A stretch of DNA of 63,695 bases, filler included, from Folioceros fuciformis (taxonomy: Eukaryota), in the NCBI GenBank assembly GCA_049999805.1. It is 7 parts of 7 records of this genome, joined end to end, with 100 filler letters (N's around TTAATTAATTAA, not from the genome) between each part and the next. Parts side by side here need not be neighbours in the genome. Positions count along the whole stretch, not along the records: positions 35,868 to 46,044 come from JBNGIO010001933.1; positions 46,145 to 58,770 come from JBNGIO010001934.1; 5 more parts are not named here. One strand, written 5' to 3'. Under the pieces are notes generated by a model. It did not search any database. It worked only from the letters and a program-made list of their open reading frames with translations, and had not been told where the DNA came from. Below are positions 37,444-50,280 of the stretch, piece after piece; the first letter of the stretch is position 1; the number at the start of each line of letters is the position of its first letter. Position numbers and translations under genes: made by a program.

Positions 37444-40400
37444 TCAGGATCGTGTAGCCAGGTCTGCTAAACCAGGCACAGACACCTGAATTGGCACTTG
37501 AGGTACTTGCGACGCAATCTGACCCTTGATTGTGCTAACTATACGCTCGATTTCCATGAATATGTGATGATTTTCAGCCATTTGCGGCCTCAATCCAACT
37601 AATGACTTCTCAACTGCAACCCCAACTTCTGCGGCCGGAAGTTGCCTCTCCGTTGTGGCCTGGAACACAAGGCAGATAGATTAACAGGATCGAAAACTGA
37701 ACTCCCAACACACCCGCCACCATAATGGAAACATGAGTTGTCAATGACAGTACCTGAACCAAGAGCAAGGTAGCCACACAGGACGCCATGAGGTCGGAAA
37801 TTTGTGACTTAACGTCGATTGAGCCAGACGTTTGCTCCGTACAAGCTTTTGTGCTTGAATCAGCTGCAGGTGCAGGCTGACATGCTGCTCCTGCAGCAAC
37901 AACTGCTGTACACTCTCTTCCATTTGAATGAGATGCTCGGGAAATCCCAGCAGGCAACAGCGGAACTGCTTCACTGCCCATAGCAGCTGTAGAACCCACT
38001 TGGACGTGCTCAGCAGTTTTAGGTCCGTCAACCGGCATATCTAGCACTGCAAGCTTTGAAAGGGTCTCATCTCCATCTTTTAGTGCCTGAATCCCGAGAA
38101 AAGTGAGTCCCGTTAATTAAGCCAAGCAGATGGTGCGTACCGTTTCTCAACAAAAGAAACCTGGGAATACCTGGACAGTTGTGGCAATCATCAAGCGTGC
38201 ATGTTTTTTTGCTGAAGCCGCGATATCCTCGACAGAAACACCAATTTCGGAAACAGATTCTAATGCACTTCCGTTACCCACAATCACAGCTTGGGGGAGC
38301 AATTGGGCCCATGGTGCAACTACATCGTCTTGATATCTATTACGCCGTCGCAGTTGATGCAGAGCAGCCTGCACCTGTGAAACAGGGTAAATCCCGCATG
38401 AAAAGTGGAGACATTTCAGCCTTACATTCCCCAATCTAGCGTATGTGACTGTAGGCACCACACCTGCTTGTTTGCGTCTGTTAACTGTAATACGATTGCT
38501 GCACAATGAAATTTGAAACGCTCACAGGTCTTGATATCTTTCCCGGTTGCATCATCTGTTATGCGCCTCAATTCGACGAGTAGGGCCTCCTAGAATGAAT
38601 CAGAACCACAATAGTCAGAAAGCCAGCTTTCCTGAACCATCCACAGCAAACTGTTCCAAATACATATAGCCATTAAGCAGAGTCAGCAGAACAAGTGGTA
38701 TGTTCCACACTTGCTTAGGGAATAAATTCATGAATAGTACCCACACCACACATTCAGCAGCTAACCAACCTTCTTGTCCAGTGCCCGTGTAAGGTCAGCT
38801 AGTGCTTGGACATCAGCCTCTTTTGCCTGGAGTTGCGCTGCGGTGTGAGACTGGCTAAGCACTGCCTGCTGAACGGCAGCAACAGCCTCATTGGCTGCTG
38901 CTTTTGCAAGCAAAACTGAATCAACAGAGTCGGCCTGTGGAGAAAGACAAATTAATCAGTTGCATAAGGTATGGCAAAACTTGGGCAGGTAACGCCATTA
39001 TGAGACATACCACAGTCCAAATAAGAAGGTAACATTGTAACCTAAACCCAATTTCACAAAAGCCCAAATAGTCCCAGTATGTAGTAATCCAACCACCTGA
39101 GCCCGTTCGGAAAGCGTATGAAATGACATATGTGCTGAAGGAGCAAACGCTGGAAGGGAAATTGGACGCTCCAATCTCTCGTTAAGGGCTGCTCGAGCTG
39201 CACCACCAGCAGTTACAAAGATCTTCGATTTGTAATCCAAACGTACATCTTCCAAGTTTCGGTCGAGGCCATCCACAATGATCCGTCGCCTTCTCATCAC
39301 CTCGGGCATGTTCTCCAAAGGATGAAACGGCATGCAATCAATGTCCTGGCGCCACAACACAGAAAATGGTTGTTATAATTACGCAGCAAAGGCATTCGAA
39401 TGGCTCTTCTAATCTGGAGCAAGGTGACGTCTAAGCAGGGCAGACATACCAGTACGAGCTCAACTCCTAGCTCCGGCCTGTCAAATTGCACTCTGCACCT
39501 GCTTCGGTCGACAGTTAGAATGCTGCCATCATGAATCTGCCTGGTACGTGGATGCCGTGCAATAACTCTTTGTCCCACTGTCAACGGTCGGGCTAGGTCC
39601 TGAGGAAGACCATCACGTTGACCTGTTCGAAGTTCATGATAATGATTCCGAGCTTTTTCCCTATACTTTTCCAACTTATCCCTTTCCTCCTCCGAGAATT
39701 TCTTCGATAATCTACGGGGTTTACCGAGGGAACTGCCACACAGAGAGAACAGCCGGATAAAGATAAGGAATGAACATATCTAGATCAGACTAAAATCTCC
39801 CGCCATCATGACAGCATTTGTCACTAGTTCATGCAATGAGAAGAAAAACATACCTGCGAATAACTCCCCACTCGACTCGGGTAAGCTTGGGAACATATCC
39901 AAGGCGAGCGTGGTTTAAATACTCCACAAATTCATTGCGTGCAAACCATGGCAGGTCTATAGCACTGTAGAACCACTCACACAAACACCATCTGCGGAAT
40001 TTTGTCGAGAGACAATGCGTCAACCTAGCCTGTAAAAGCAGGCAAGTTATTTACACCGCAATACACTAATGGAAAATTGTGTGCAGAACAACAAAGAGAA
40101 GATAACTGAGACTAACAGAGGCCTCCTCTTTGGGTATCAGGTGAGGCATCTAATACCAACCTTTGCACTGAGGGGGCCCAACTCCAGTGTCGTATGTGGG
40201 CAGTGGGCCACAAGTCCCAATGAAGGGACATTATCTTCACCTCCAGCGATCTTTTCTGGGACTCCTTTCCTCCTGTTTTTAACTCTTGCCAGCAACGTGC
40301 CTTCCTCTGCTGACGGCTCTAACGCAGAACTATGCTCCTGCTCAGGTAGCACAGCGCCAACAAGCTTGCCAGGTCGTGCCATCTGTCTTGACAATGTACG

Positions 40401-43400
40401 AGTGTTGGGAGCTCTCCGAGCTTTGTAGCGAGGTTTGAAGACAACTTGAGCATCCTTCTGTGGCAGTAGTACCTGAGTCATGTCCATGCCACAAAAAAGT
40501 CACCACTCAATTTTCACATCCACCTGGCTCAGACAAGTCTTTCCCCCAGGTCAAGCAAGGAGCAGACCTCTTCTTTGACATCTGCTCCAACAAGCTCCCC
40601 TTTCTCTTCCATCTGCACGCAGTTCGTGGTTTGAAAGACCCCATTGTCAACAATCAAACAGATGTACATATGAATATCTAGACCAGGAGCTAAAACAATT
40701 CAAGCTTGCCAACAAACTTGCAAAGTGAATTTGCAAACTTGTTAACCTTCTCAGCTCCTTGTTTTCTTTTCCTCTTCCTAGTCTCTGGGGGAGAGATCAG
40801 TTGGTGGTGCTCAGCTCCACCTCTGGCACTAAGATCCTGTGCTTTCGGCTTGAGATCAACACCCCCACCAGCAGAATCTGATCCTGGTGCAGTTCAACCA
40901 CAAATGCCACCCTTTGGAGTGTTACCCAATGGCATTCAAAAACTTATATCCAAGAAAAACCGTTGGCTAGATCAGGAGGTTTCACACAACTGTACTTGGA
41001 ATCACTTAGGGATGCATGCATCCCAGATATGTCAAGAAACAACAGACAATTATCTGACAGGATTACCAGAATCAAATGTCGAAGAGGGGAGTGTGCCATT
41101 GAGCGACTGAAGAGACAAGTCTGCTAGGGTTGCGAGTCTGTCGAGTCCACTGCTCTCATCTAACGAGAAAAAAGCTCGCAACAAGGGAATGAGTTCCAAA
41201 AATAAGCAGTGACAAAATCGAGGAAACTCTACGAAGGTGGTAAGAATCCACACCAACAGAATTGCCATGCACGAAAGGACCATCTCCTTTCCAAGATTCA
41301 TAGAATTTACTCGTCACATCACAACTAGAACAAGGCACAGACATATTCTGTCAAAAATGTAAAGTCAATAGGATTTCACCTCCGGCAAAGAGCTGTCTAC
41401 TTCTCTTCTTTGGCCTTTGTACAGGAGCCCGCTTCTTCCTCTGTGACTGTGTCAGCTTTACCTCCTCTGTATCCAACACATCGCCATTTTCTTCATCATG
41501 GCAGATCCTTCCTTCTGTTCGGCTGCATTCCTCTTTCTCGTCCAAATCCTCAATCCGTTGAACTTTCAACCTCTTCGCAGCTGGCTTTCTGCACCGACCC
41601 TTCAAATCATTCATGATCTTCCCGCCAGGTTGGCTGTCACCAGCATTGAAACTGCTGCTTGCTTTTGCAACAACGCCATTGTCGAGTTCCTTGCTAATTT
41701 GGCTCTCTTCGTATCCACCTTCACCACTGTTGGACACAGTCGGCCTTGGAAAAGAACTTCCAGAGTCTGTCCGCACCACATTTTCCTGTGGCAGTGTACA
41801 ACAAAGTTGTACTCAAACAGGTAGGAGAAAGACCCTGCGTTTACAGAGAGCAAGCACTAGCTGGAAACATCAAAACGACACAAGTACCTTCATTTCACCA
41901 TTTTGAAGTGGCACAACATGGATCTGTTTACGGGGAGTCCTTGTATTTGGCGTCTGTGAGATCTGAGGAGAAGCTACCCTTTGAGAAGCTGTTGCCAAAG
42001 TGAGAGCAACAGCTTCTGCAACCCGACTGTCATCGCCATCGTCATCTGTTTCACACTCTGGCTCCTGCTGTGAAGAACAATGAGCAGCCTCAGCTGCTCG
42101 TTTGTCCACATGGCTGTTAACAGGAAACCGTGGAGTCCTCTTTCCAACAGCTCGCGTTCGTGATGCTGCAATATGGGCCCCACCGTTTCAAACACAGATG
42201 GACAGCAAATCAGAAATCAAAACAGCAGAAGGAGAAACAACAATTTTCTGGCAGGGTAAAGAGACTTTTGACATACTTCTTGGCTTCTTGGCAGGTGATG
42301 GACCGCCATAACCAACGGACCCAGTTGCTACTTTGCCAGCTCTGCTTTGAAGACGTGACTGGTTTTGCTGGTCAGACCCTCCAAAATCCCCACTGCTCTC
42401 TACCCCGTCACTCCTACTTTCATCCTACAACAGTTTTCAACCAAAATGCTGCAAGTAAGCAGAAGCCCAATGCCAAGTACAGATGGTCAATTTGCACCTG
42501 CTAGCCTACTAACGTACAAGAAAGTTGTAGTGGTCTGTCATCATAGCAATGAGTCCTTCAGCTGAGGCTGCTCCTTCAGGGAGCGACAAGTACGCCTGCA
42601 AGCATGCATCCCTGGTTAAATAGGCTCAGCACGTGCAACGTGTAAAAACATTCCCGGAAAGCAAAGGAGTTCAGCTAGCAACCTTGTTCACAGTGTACAA
42701 AGCTTCCACCATTTCTGCTGTTCTCTTATGCAGGCACGCAGCCACCTACAAACGAAATTGCAGCCGTTAGACTTCACGCCTTTTTGAGCACATGAAACTT
42801 TGAATAGAAGTTGGGAATCCTACGCTGCTCTATGTATGCCCATGCATCACCAGCTCCGCAACCAGAATGCACTTACTTTCTTCCAATTCTTGGCATGCTT
42901 TCGATAAGCCTGATAGAAGAGCTTCAATTCTTCCTCATTCCAAACGGGTCCGAGCATTGAGACTTTCCGACGCTGGACAACAGCCGAACGGAGAAGACAA
43001 CTTAGTGGCCAACTAGCGGAGAGCAGAATGAAGCACTCGATACACAATGTTCAGACAGCAGGAAGTCATAAGCAGTGCAATGGGCCAGCCTTTCTCACGA
43101 GCCTGCCTAGAACCTGTGCTTTGCCTCTCAATCGAGGAGTGCACCTCTCGGCTCGCCACAAGATCTCTCCTCTGTTTCCTTGCATCGTCTAAGATCCCAA
43201 CCAGAAATACTGATGCAAGAGCACATCTGGCATCGGAATTCAGAATCGATCGACCTTGACTGACCAAGCCGGAAATCTACATTCCCATACGAGTAGAACT
43301 CAGAACAAGCCTCATCCTCAAGACCTAGCCGGTCGACCAAGCCAGAGTTCTGGCTGCCTCAAGCTGGATGCACAAGCAAGCAAACAAAACTTGTCCCAGC

Positions 43401-43632
43401 TGCCCATGCATGCGCAGCCGAACCCAAGCTCTCAGCTCCGATCCCAATAGTTCACAGTATTCCTACAAGGCGAACGACGAGGCCCAGTCCCCAACATTGC
43501 TTTGTTCATGAAATTCAGCGATGAGGAGTTCACCCTGTCCTTCTTTTCTTCCCCCGTGTCCTCGTCGGGCAGCGGCTCCACAGTAATCTTGGAGGCAGGC
43601 CTGGAAGCCGTTCTTGTTCTTCTGGATGCCAT
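37444..43632 (-). CDS. ALY: ALWAYS EARLY (LIN-9 homolog, DREAM complex; SANT/Myb plus DIRP domains), multi-exon
   Basis: SANT motif [40 protein letters not shown] motif [92 protein letters not shown]. Not every exon border was traced. Confidence 0.93.
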
Positions 43633-44974
43633 TCAAACGGGTGCGGGAGCGAGGAGATACGCAATCCGGCGGGCAACAAATCATGTAAGAGATCTGGATT
43701 CAGATCGAGGGGACGAGGTGAGTGAGCCGCCGAGCTGAGCAGCGATGGGGTGCTACTTGAGCGCTGGGAAGAAGAGCCAACTCAAGGAATTGGGCAGCAG
43801 GAAAGGGACGATGAAGAGCTGGGACTAGGCGAGGGCGGTCTGGGGGCCTCAACACCGCTATTTCTCTCCGGAAAGAGAGGGAAGGCCCAAGGAGAGAGGA
43901 CGCAGTTCAGGGCACCCGAAGCACATATGAAATGTGAGTGTGTGACTCAAAGATTGAATTCAAGTTCAGTGCGCACGCCGCTACCTCGCCAATGCTCGGC
44001 CCAAAATTTCTGCCACACTTTATTTCCTTACTTCCATTTTTCAATCCAAACTGTGCACCGTTATAAATATATTTTAAGAATTTTCTGGTTATCTTATAAA
44101 TTAAACAAGGTGAAAAAAAAAAGGGACACTCTCATCTCTTGAAGAGAAGATTGATTACGTAAAAAGTGAAGGACACAATCATTTCTTGAAGAGAAGATTG
44201 AGTTGAGAACTTTGTTTGGGAAAAGGGGTGTAGAGACTTTGGAGAGTACGCTTGTTATGAGTCGAGGGCACCTAAACTCTGTTGTCAAAGAATAAAGATT
44301 ACCACATCGACTTGGTGGTTTGCTAGTTATTAAGAAGACAACCACCTACTTGAAGCATAGAGTTATGTTGTAAGAGTTGAGTACAATTACAATAGCACCT
44401 ACAAGATGTGGTTAACCTAAACTTATTAGGTAAAAGCTACGTAATTGAAGTCTAGCACCATGTGGTGAGAATCTAAAACAGCACATGCAAGAGGTGGTAT
44501 AAAAGCAGAGTGTGGTAAGAGTCTACAACAACACATGCAAGAGGTGAAATAAAAGTTGTTGGTAAAGAATTGCATATTCCCAACCTAGTATCATCTAGTG
44601 AGAGTTGAGTGCAATTAGAGTAGGACCCCAAGGAGGTGGTCTAAAAGTTGTCAACAAACAACCACCTACTTGAAGCCTAGTGTGGTATGGAGAGATTTGT
44701 CATGTTATGTCATTAGATATTGCATGAATGCACATTTCACTAGTTAATGATTATTCACACCACACTATGCACACCTTGGTCATTACATCATGAGGGTTTC
44801 ACAAATTGTCCACTTATTGTAAATATTTTATTATATTTATTAGATGTTATGGACTATCCTTTCATCCTTTTAAAACTTATTACAAATATTTATATTATAT
44901 TTATTAAATCTCTATGAACGTTATTGTTTGGATTAGAGCTACACCAACTTCCTCCACCTCGAAGCCTTGCAAGG

Positions 44975-45100
44975 TGGAGGGAAACATAAAGAAACCTTTA
45001 AAAATGCTAGTATACTACGAAACTTGGAGGACCAACAGAGAAGGCCGCAACAACAAGGAGGGAAACATAAAGAAACCTTTAAAAATGCTAGTATACTACT
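44975..45100. repeat. Direct duplication of about 43 bp
   Basis: GGAGGGAAACATAAAGAAACCTTTAAAAATGCTAGTATACTAC occurs twice, about 80 bp apart. Confidence 0.85.
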
Positions 45101-45147
45101 AGACTTGGGGACTAACAAAGAAGGCTGCAACAATCATTCTAAATTCA

Positions 45148-46044
45148 TTATTCAAGTAAGACAGGCTCTAGAGAAACTTGTCCCGATGCCCTACACAAGC
45201 TCACAGCAGGATAGATACGCATAGGAATGTTGAGCAAATCTTGATGAAGCTCGGGAACCGTAAATTCAACATACGACCCTTTTTCAATAGCCTTCCTAAC
45301 AATTTGAAAATAACATTTGCCTATATCTAGGTTTACTGTGACTTGAACTTTTGTTACACCCTGCTCAAATTGAGTTTCCTCTTCCCTTATTGTATGCTTA
45401 CCATTATGCCAAAACCTACCAGCACCATCTAAAATCCAGCCATAAGGACTGTATCTCAAGCACTTGGAATAATCTTGCTCCAAATCATAGCAGAATCCCA
45501 TCCCAATGCCTCTGGGGTTGGAGATGTTGGAAATAGTAATAATCCAACTATGTTGTCCACCACCTTTCAAGCACGAGTAGGTCCTTGCAAATCCTGTTGT
45601 TTCTAACATGCAATACAATTTTCTTCCCTTTGGATATGACTCGTTGAACATATGAAAGCCAGAGCCATGTGCTTTAGGCGACCACTGCAAAGTATATGTC
45701 CCTCGGTAAAGGATAGTTGCCCTCAAGTTGGGGGCCTCAACATGTTGGCAAAAAGCCGCAACCAGCATTGCATTAGGAACTATTTTCAAGGGCTCAATGT
45801 CTCGACATAACTCCTCGGGTTGTATAAGCCCAAAATCAATGAAGCCAAAGAAAGGACGAGCAATGTTGGCTAAAGTTTGCAATGCTTCTACGATCTCTGG
45901 CTCGCACTCGTTGATGTCAAAGCTATTATCTACGTGTAGCTTATAGAAAACTGTGTCCAATAGTAGTTGCACATCTTTTGATAAATGAGAGCTTGACCAT
46001 TGGACCACGTAGTCGAAGATTTCATACTCACTAGAATAAAAGGC
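45148..46044 (-). CDS. BACK-like plus SPRY/B30.2-like (ConA-fold) protein, probably a BTB-BACK-SPRY adaptor; 5' end cut by the contig edge
   Basis: The frame is open to the contig edge (AFYSSEYEIFDYVVQW...). BACK-like motifs SEYEIFDYVVQW and IDFGLIQPEELCRDIEPLKIVP. SPRY-like motifs HSWIITI..IGMGFC..YGWILDGAG..KVQVTVNLDIGKCYFQI..IYPAVSL. Confidence 0.7.
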   Translation of the reverse strand, partial: AFYSSEYEIFDYVVQWSSSHLSKDVQLLLDTVFYKLHVDNSFDINECEPEIVEALQTLANIARPFFGFIDFGLIQPEELCRDIEPLKIVPNAMLVAAFCQHVEAPNLRATILYRGTYTLQWSPKAHGSGFHMFNESYPKGRKLYCMLETTGFARTYSCLKGGGQHSWIITISNISNPRGIGMGFCYDLEQDYSKCLRYSPYGWILDGAGRFWHNGKHTIREEETQFEQGVTKVQVTVNLDIGKCYFQIVRKAIEKGSYVEFTVPELHQDLLNIPMRIYPAVSLCRASGQVSLEPVLLE

Positions 46045-46144
46045 NNNNNNNNNNNNNNNNNNNNNNNNNNNNNNNNNNNNNNNNNNNNTTAATTAATTAA
46101 NNNNNNNNNNNNNNNNNNNNNNNNNNNNNNNNNNNNNNNNNNNN

Positions 46145-49100
46145 TCTATATCGGTCATCTAACCCTCGTGTGGTTGTTGCTAGAGGTCGTCCGCGTCATG
46201 ACTTGTATGTCTTCACAGGCTAGCCCGTGCTTCCGGCAGTTGCCTCTCACGGTGACCTCTCACGGTGACCAGCCTTCAAGGAGATCCCACCCTGGTGACG
46301 CTCTCCTTTGACATTGTCGGCTTGGACATCTAAATCCAGCCAGGCTATTGGCCACGACTCAGCAGGACTTGTATCGCGATAAGCTTCCACGAATTTTCTC
46401 AACACCTCCTCTTTGCGAGGCTTGTGTGCTTGCAAAACAAAGAAGTTCTCCTTATCCTTCTCTTCCTGCAAGTCGGTCCACTGCGCCTCTTGATCTGGTC
46501 CATGTAGACCTATGTGGTCCTCTCCCTGTTGCGTCTTTAGGCGGGGCTAACCACTTTATGACTGTCGTTGATGACTTTAGTCGATATACGTTTGCGTTTC
46601 CCATTCGTCTTAAGAGTGACTCGTTTAATGTGTTCTCACCCTTTGTTGCTATGGCCGAGTTACAAACTGGCCGTAAACTTCGATGTACTCGGTCCGACAA
46701 TGCGGGAGAACTCAACAACCATCAGTTTCGCGACTTCTGCATGCAATGCGGTATCTTGTGTCAGTTCACTGTTCCATACACCTCTGAGCAGCATGGCGTG
46801 GCCGAGAAGGCTAACAACGATTTGATGTCCATGGCTCATGCCATGCTGACTCAGTCTCAGCTGCCCAAGTCCTTCTGGGCTGAGGCTGTGTCTACTACGG
46901 CATACATTAAGAACAGGGTCCTTACTAAGGCGGTTTCGGGCCATACACCCTACGAGTGCTGGCATGGGAGCAAGCCTCTAATTTCACATCTTCGTGTTTT
47001 TGGTTGCCCTGCCTATGCTCTTGTCCCTTCGCAACACCGCGACAAGCTTGATGCTCGTGCTCGGAAGCTGGTCTTTGTGGGCTATGGTGATGATCGCAAA
47101 GCCTACAAGCTCGTGGACATCGCCACTCGGACTCTAATCTATGTGCGCATTGTCACCTTTGATGAAGCCAAGATAGTGCCTGCTCTCAGGACGTCCTTGG
47201 AGCTTCCTCCTGATGTCTCTGATGGTGCTTCCTCTGGCTCGAGCACTCCCCGCTCCCCTGGTGTGGACTCCACATGCTGAATAGGTCCTTGGAAAATGGT
47301 AGGATTTCTCTTTTTGGGAATCTCTAAGTGAACCCTGTGGTGAAATGGTTAAAAGATTAGGTTAGATTAGTAGCTAGATTAATGGTGAGGTGAGACGTGT
47401 CTTTGAAGGGTTGCTGGAATAATCTGAGAGAAGGGATGGAATGATTTGAGAGAGGAGGGAGAGGGTTGAGAGGCACTGNNNNNNNNNNNNNNNNNNNNNN
47501 NNNNNNNNNNNNNNNNNNNNNNNNNNNNNNNNNNNNNNNNNNNNNNNNNNNNNNNNNNNNNNNNNNNNNNNNNNNNNNGTAAGGGCACCCAGTGGTGTCC
47601 ATGGGACACAACCCCTATTAGGTCAAAACTAGGTTTGGGTCAAAGTTAGGGTTAGGTCAGAGTTAGGTTTAGGTTAGAATTAGGGGCGGCTTAGGTCAGA
47701 GAGAGATTGCTGGGTGGTTGACTGAGGCTAACCCTAGAGGTACCCTCAGAGGTGTCAATATTTTAGAAATACCTCAGAAATATTGTCTAGGCATTCAACT
47801 CCTACGCGCACGAGATGCTGGTGTAATGTGCATCCACCAAAGCAAGTACATCAACGAGATCCTACAGAAGTTCCATCTCGATCAAGCCAGACCTGCCACC
47901 ACACCCTATGCTGTGGGCACCAAGCTCACTCGCCAACAGAGCCCATAGACACCTGATGAATTGAAAGACATGGAAGGCGTACTTTACAAGCACGCCGTTG
48001 GCAGTCTAATCTTCGTGGCCAATTGGACCAGGCCTGATATACAGTACTCGGTTAGTACTGTATCACAGTTCCTAGACTGCCCTGGGAGAGTACATTGGAC
48101 AGCAGTGAAACGGATCTTCTGCTACCTGAAGAGCGCAACACATTATGGCCTCATATACCAGAGGAGTGGAAATTAGCAACTCAACTTATCTAGATACTCG
48201 GATGCAGACTGGGCGTCCGACTCTGACTCTAGACGTAGCATCTCTTCCGATTGCTTCTTGCTTGCATCTGCAGCAGTCACCTGGAGTAGCAAGAAACAAG
48301 CCACAGTTGCCCTTAGCTCCACCGAAGGCAAATACAAGTCACTAACGGAAGCAGCCAAAGAGGCAGAATGGGAGAGAGGGTTTCTTTCAGACCTTGGTCA
48401 CCCATAGACCAACCCAACTCCCATCCTATGTGACAACACCTCAGCCCTGGAGCTAGTAGCAAGGCCAACCTTCCACGCCAGAACGAAACATATAGAGATA
48501 CAACACCACTACATACGCGATGTGGTGTCCAGGGGTATCATCAAGGTCAGCTATACCGGCATAGAGGCGAACACATCGGACATATTCACTAAAGGCCTAC
48601 CCAAGCATGCTCACTACCTGCACATGAGAGGGCTGGGCCTAGGTGACTTCTCTGCCTATCTTGAACCCTGACAGGATACGGCTCACGAGAGGGGGAAACG
48701 CGGAATGTTGCCCGCTGGTTGACTCCCGCACTGAACACGCCTACCTCCCTCTTGCCGGCCAAGACAATGCGACCCTGGCACCTGCTAGCTACACAAAAGA
48801 AGAACATCAGACCACAAAAAGAAGCCAAGGGACATGCAAGAATACCAGTGCAATCATCCACTCGCCGAACGGATGAAGCTACAACGCCAATACAATCGTC
48901 CCGAACACACATCAACCAGGTTCCTCAAGCCACCGCTTGTAGGATTGCGAAGAAGGAGGCTGCGTCGCGGCGCGAGCACTCTTCTACAGGCACTGCAACA
49001 CTATGCGCCCCACACCGACCCTCATGAACCGCGACCCTTGAGCTCCGAAAGGCATGTGCCCACAAAGCGACCCTGGTCGAGCAGTAACAGCACTGCCCTG

Positions 49101-49529
49101 GTGCCATTCGGCAGCACCAGCTGCACACTACGAGTGCCATACAGTCGTCAGCCACTCGCAGGTCGGATCTCCCAAGACGGAGCACAAGCTCCACCTCCCG
49201 CCTCAGTGAACCCTCAATCCTGCACTCGAAGAATGAGGCAGCGCCTGCCCTACACCCAAGTTACTCTGAGTACAGCGGCGCCTGCCCTAAACCTAAAGCC
49301 GTTAGTGTCTAGTTTAAGAGGGGGTGTTAGGGCATATATAGTGTTCCTAACTATATTTAAATATAAGTGCTAGGTCAACACAAACAAAACGGCATGGTTG
49401 TTCGAGGGTAAATCAGTTAGGCAGATAAACTGCTATTTAAGCAGAAACGCTGATGTGAATTTTGGACTTAATTATTCAATTGTAAGACACATAGAGAACT
49501 ATACCTAGAATCGCTATGCTCCCTAATCA
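46145..49529 (+). mobile_element. Ty1/Copia (integrase, partial RT, RNase H, PPT, 3' LTR), interrupted by an insertion and an assembly gap
   Basis: Integrase ORF 46348-47280 (CEACVLAKQ, LDLVHVDLCGP, VDDFSRY, RSDNAGE, HLRVFGCPAY). RT/RNase H motifs YSDADWA and HARTKHIEI. PPT AAGAGGGGG at 49316-49324. LTR TGTTAGGG...CCCTAATCA at 49325-49529. Confidence 0.93.
47262..47776. mobile_element. Repeat inserted into the Copia, same family as 1546-1673; spans a 100-N gap
   Basis: Begins TGTGGACTCCACATG and truncates the integrase ORF. Copia RT (KYCLGIQLL) resumes at about 47778. Confidence 0.7.
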
Positions 49530-50280
49530 CTTTGTTCTCAAGGATCCCTCACTGTCTCCATCTCAGTTGGGGTGGAATCTAGGGCTGCGGGGGTGGTGAT
49601 TGATGGTAGCCTTAGGTCCCTTTGCTACTCCCTGGGTCTCCGTATCAACGGGGTGTTATCTTCATCAGACTCGTCATAGGCTGCCATGGTTGATTCGGAA
49701 TCAACTGGGGACTCCTCATCCGTAAGAGGGGTCGACACTCCACTGGAAATAAAAGCTCCCCCTGCAACGGGACAACTCCAAAAGGTTGTTCCGCCTCCTC
49801 CAACTCCTCTTGTGTTAACAACCCTTCTGTCTTCCATAAGTGCACTAAGTAAGTCGAGAGGTAGCAAGGGACGTGCACTCCCGCCCTCCTTACCGTTTGG
49901 CTTGAGTAACTTCTCCCTGTGGTAGGTATACGCCTCATACATAATTAACCCCCAATTTGGCTTTGCTCCTTGAGTCACTCTCCAAAGGAATCGAAGGAAA
50001 GCATTCCTGAAATATGAGGTGCGTTAATAGTTCACCAATCCAAGAACCACCTTAGTGAACAACCGCCATTTGAGCTCCTTGATCCTCTTAGTCCTCCACC
50101 CGTTCTTGGTTCTTGCTAGCTCCCCTCCCAACAGCAATTCTAGTGCCCCAAATGGTAGGGTGGTGCTAGGTGACCTCCGCCCATCTATGGTTTTATCCAA
50201 GTTCCCAATACCATCGCTCTCCTCTTTTGACCTACCGTACAACTATCGGACGCTCCCGACAGTCCAACACCGAGGGCCAG

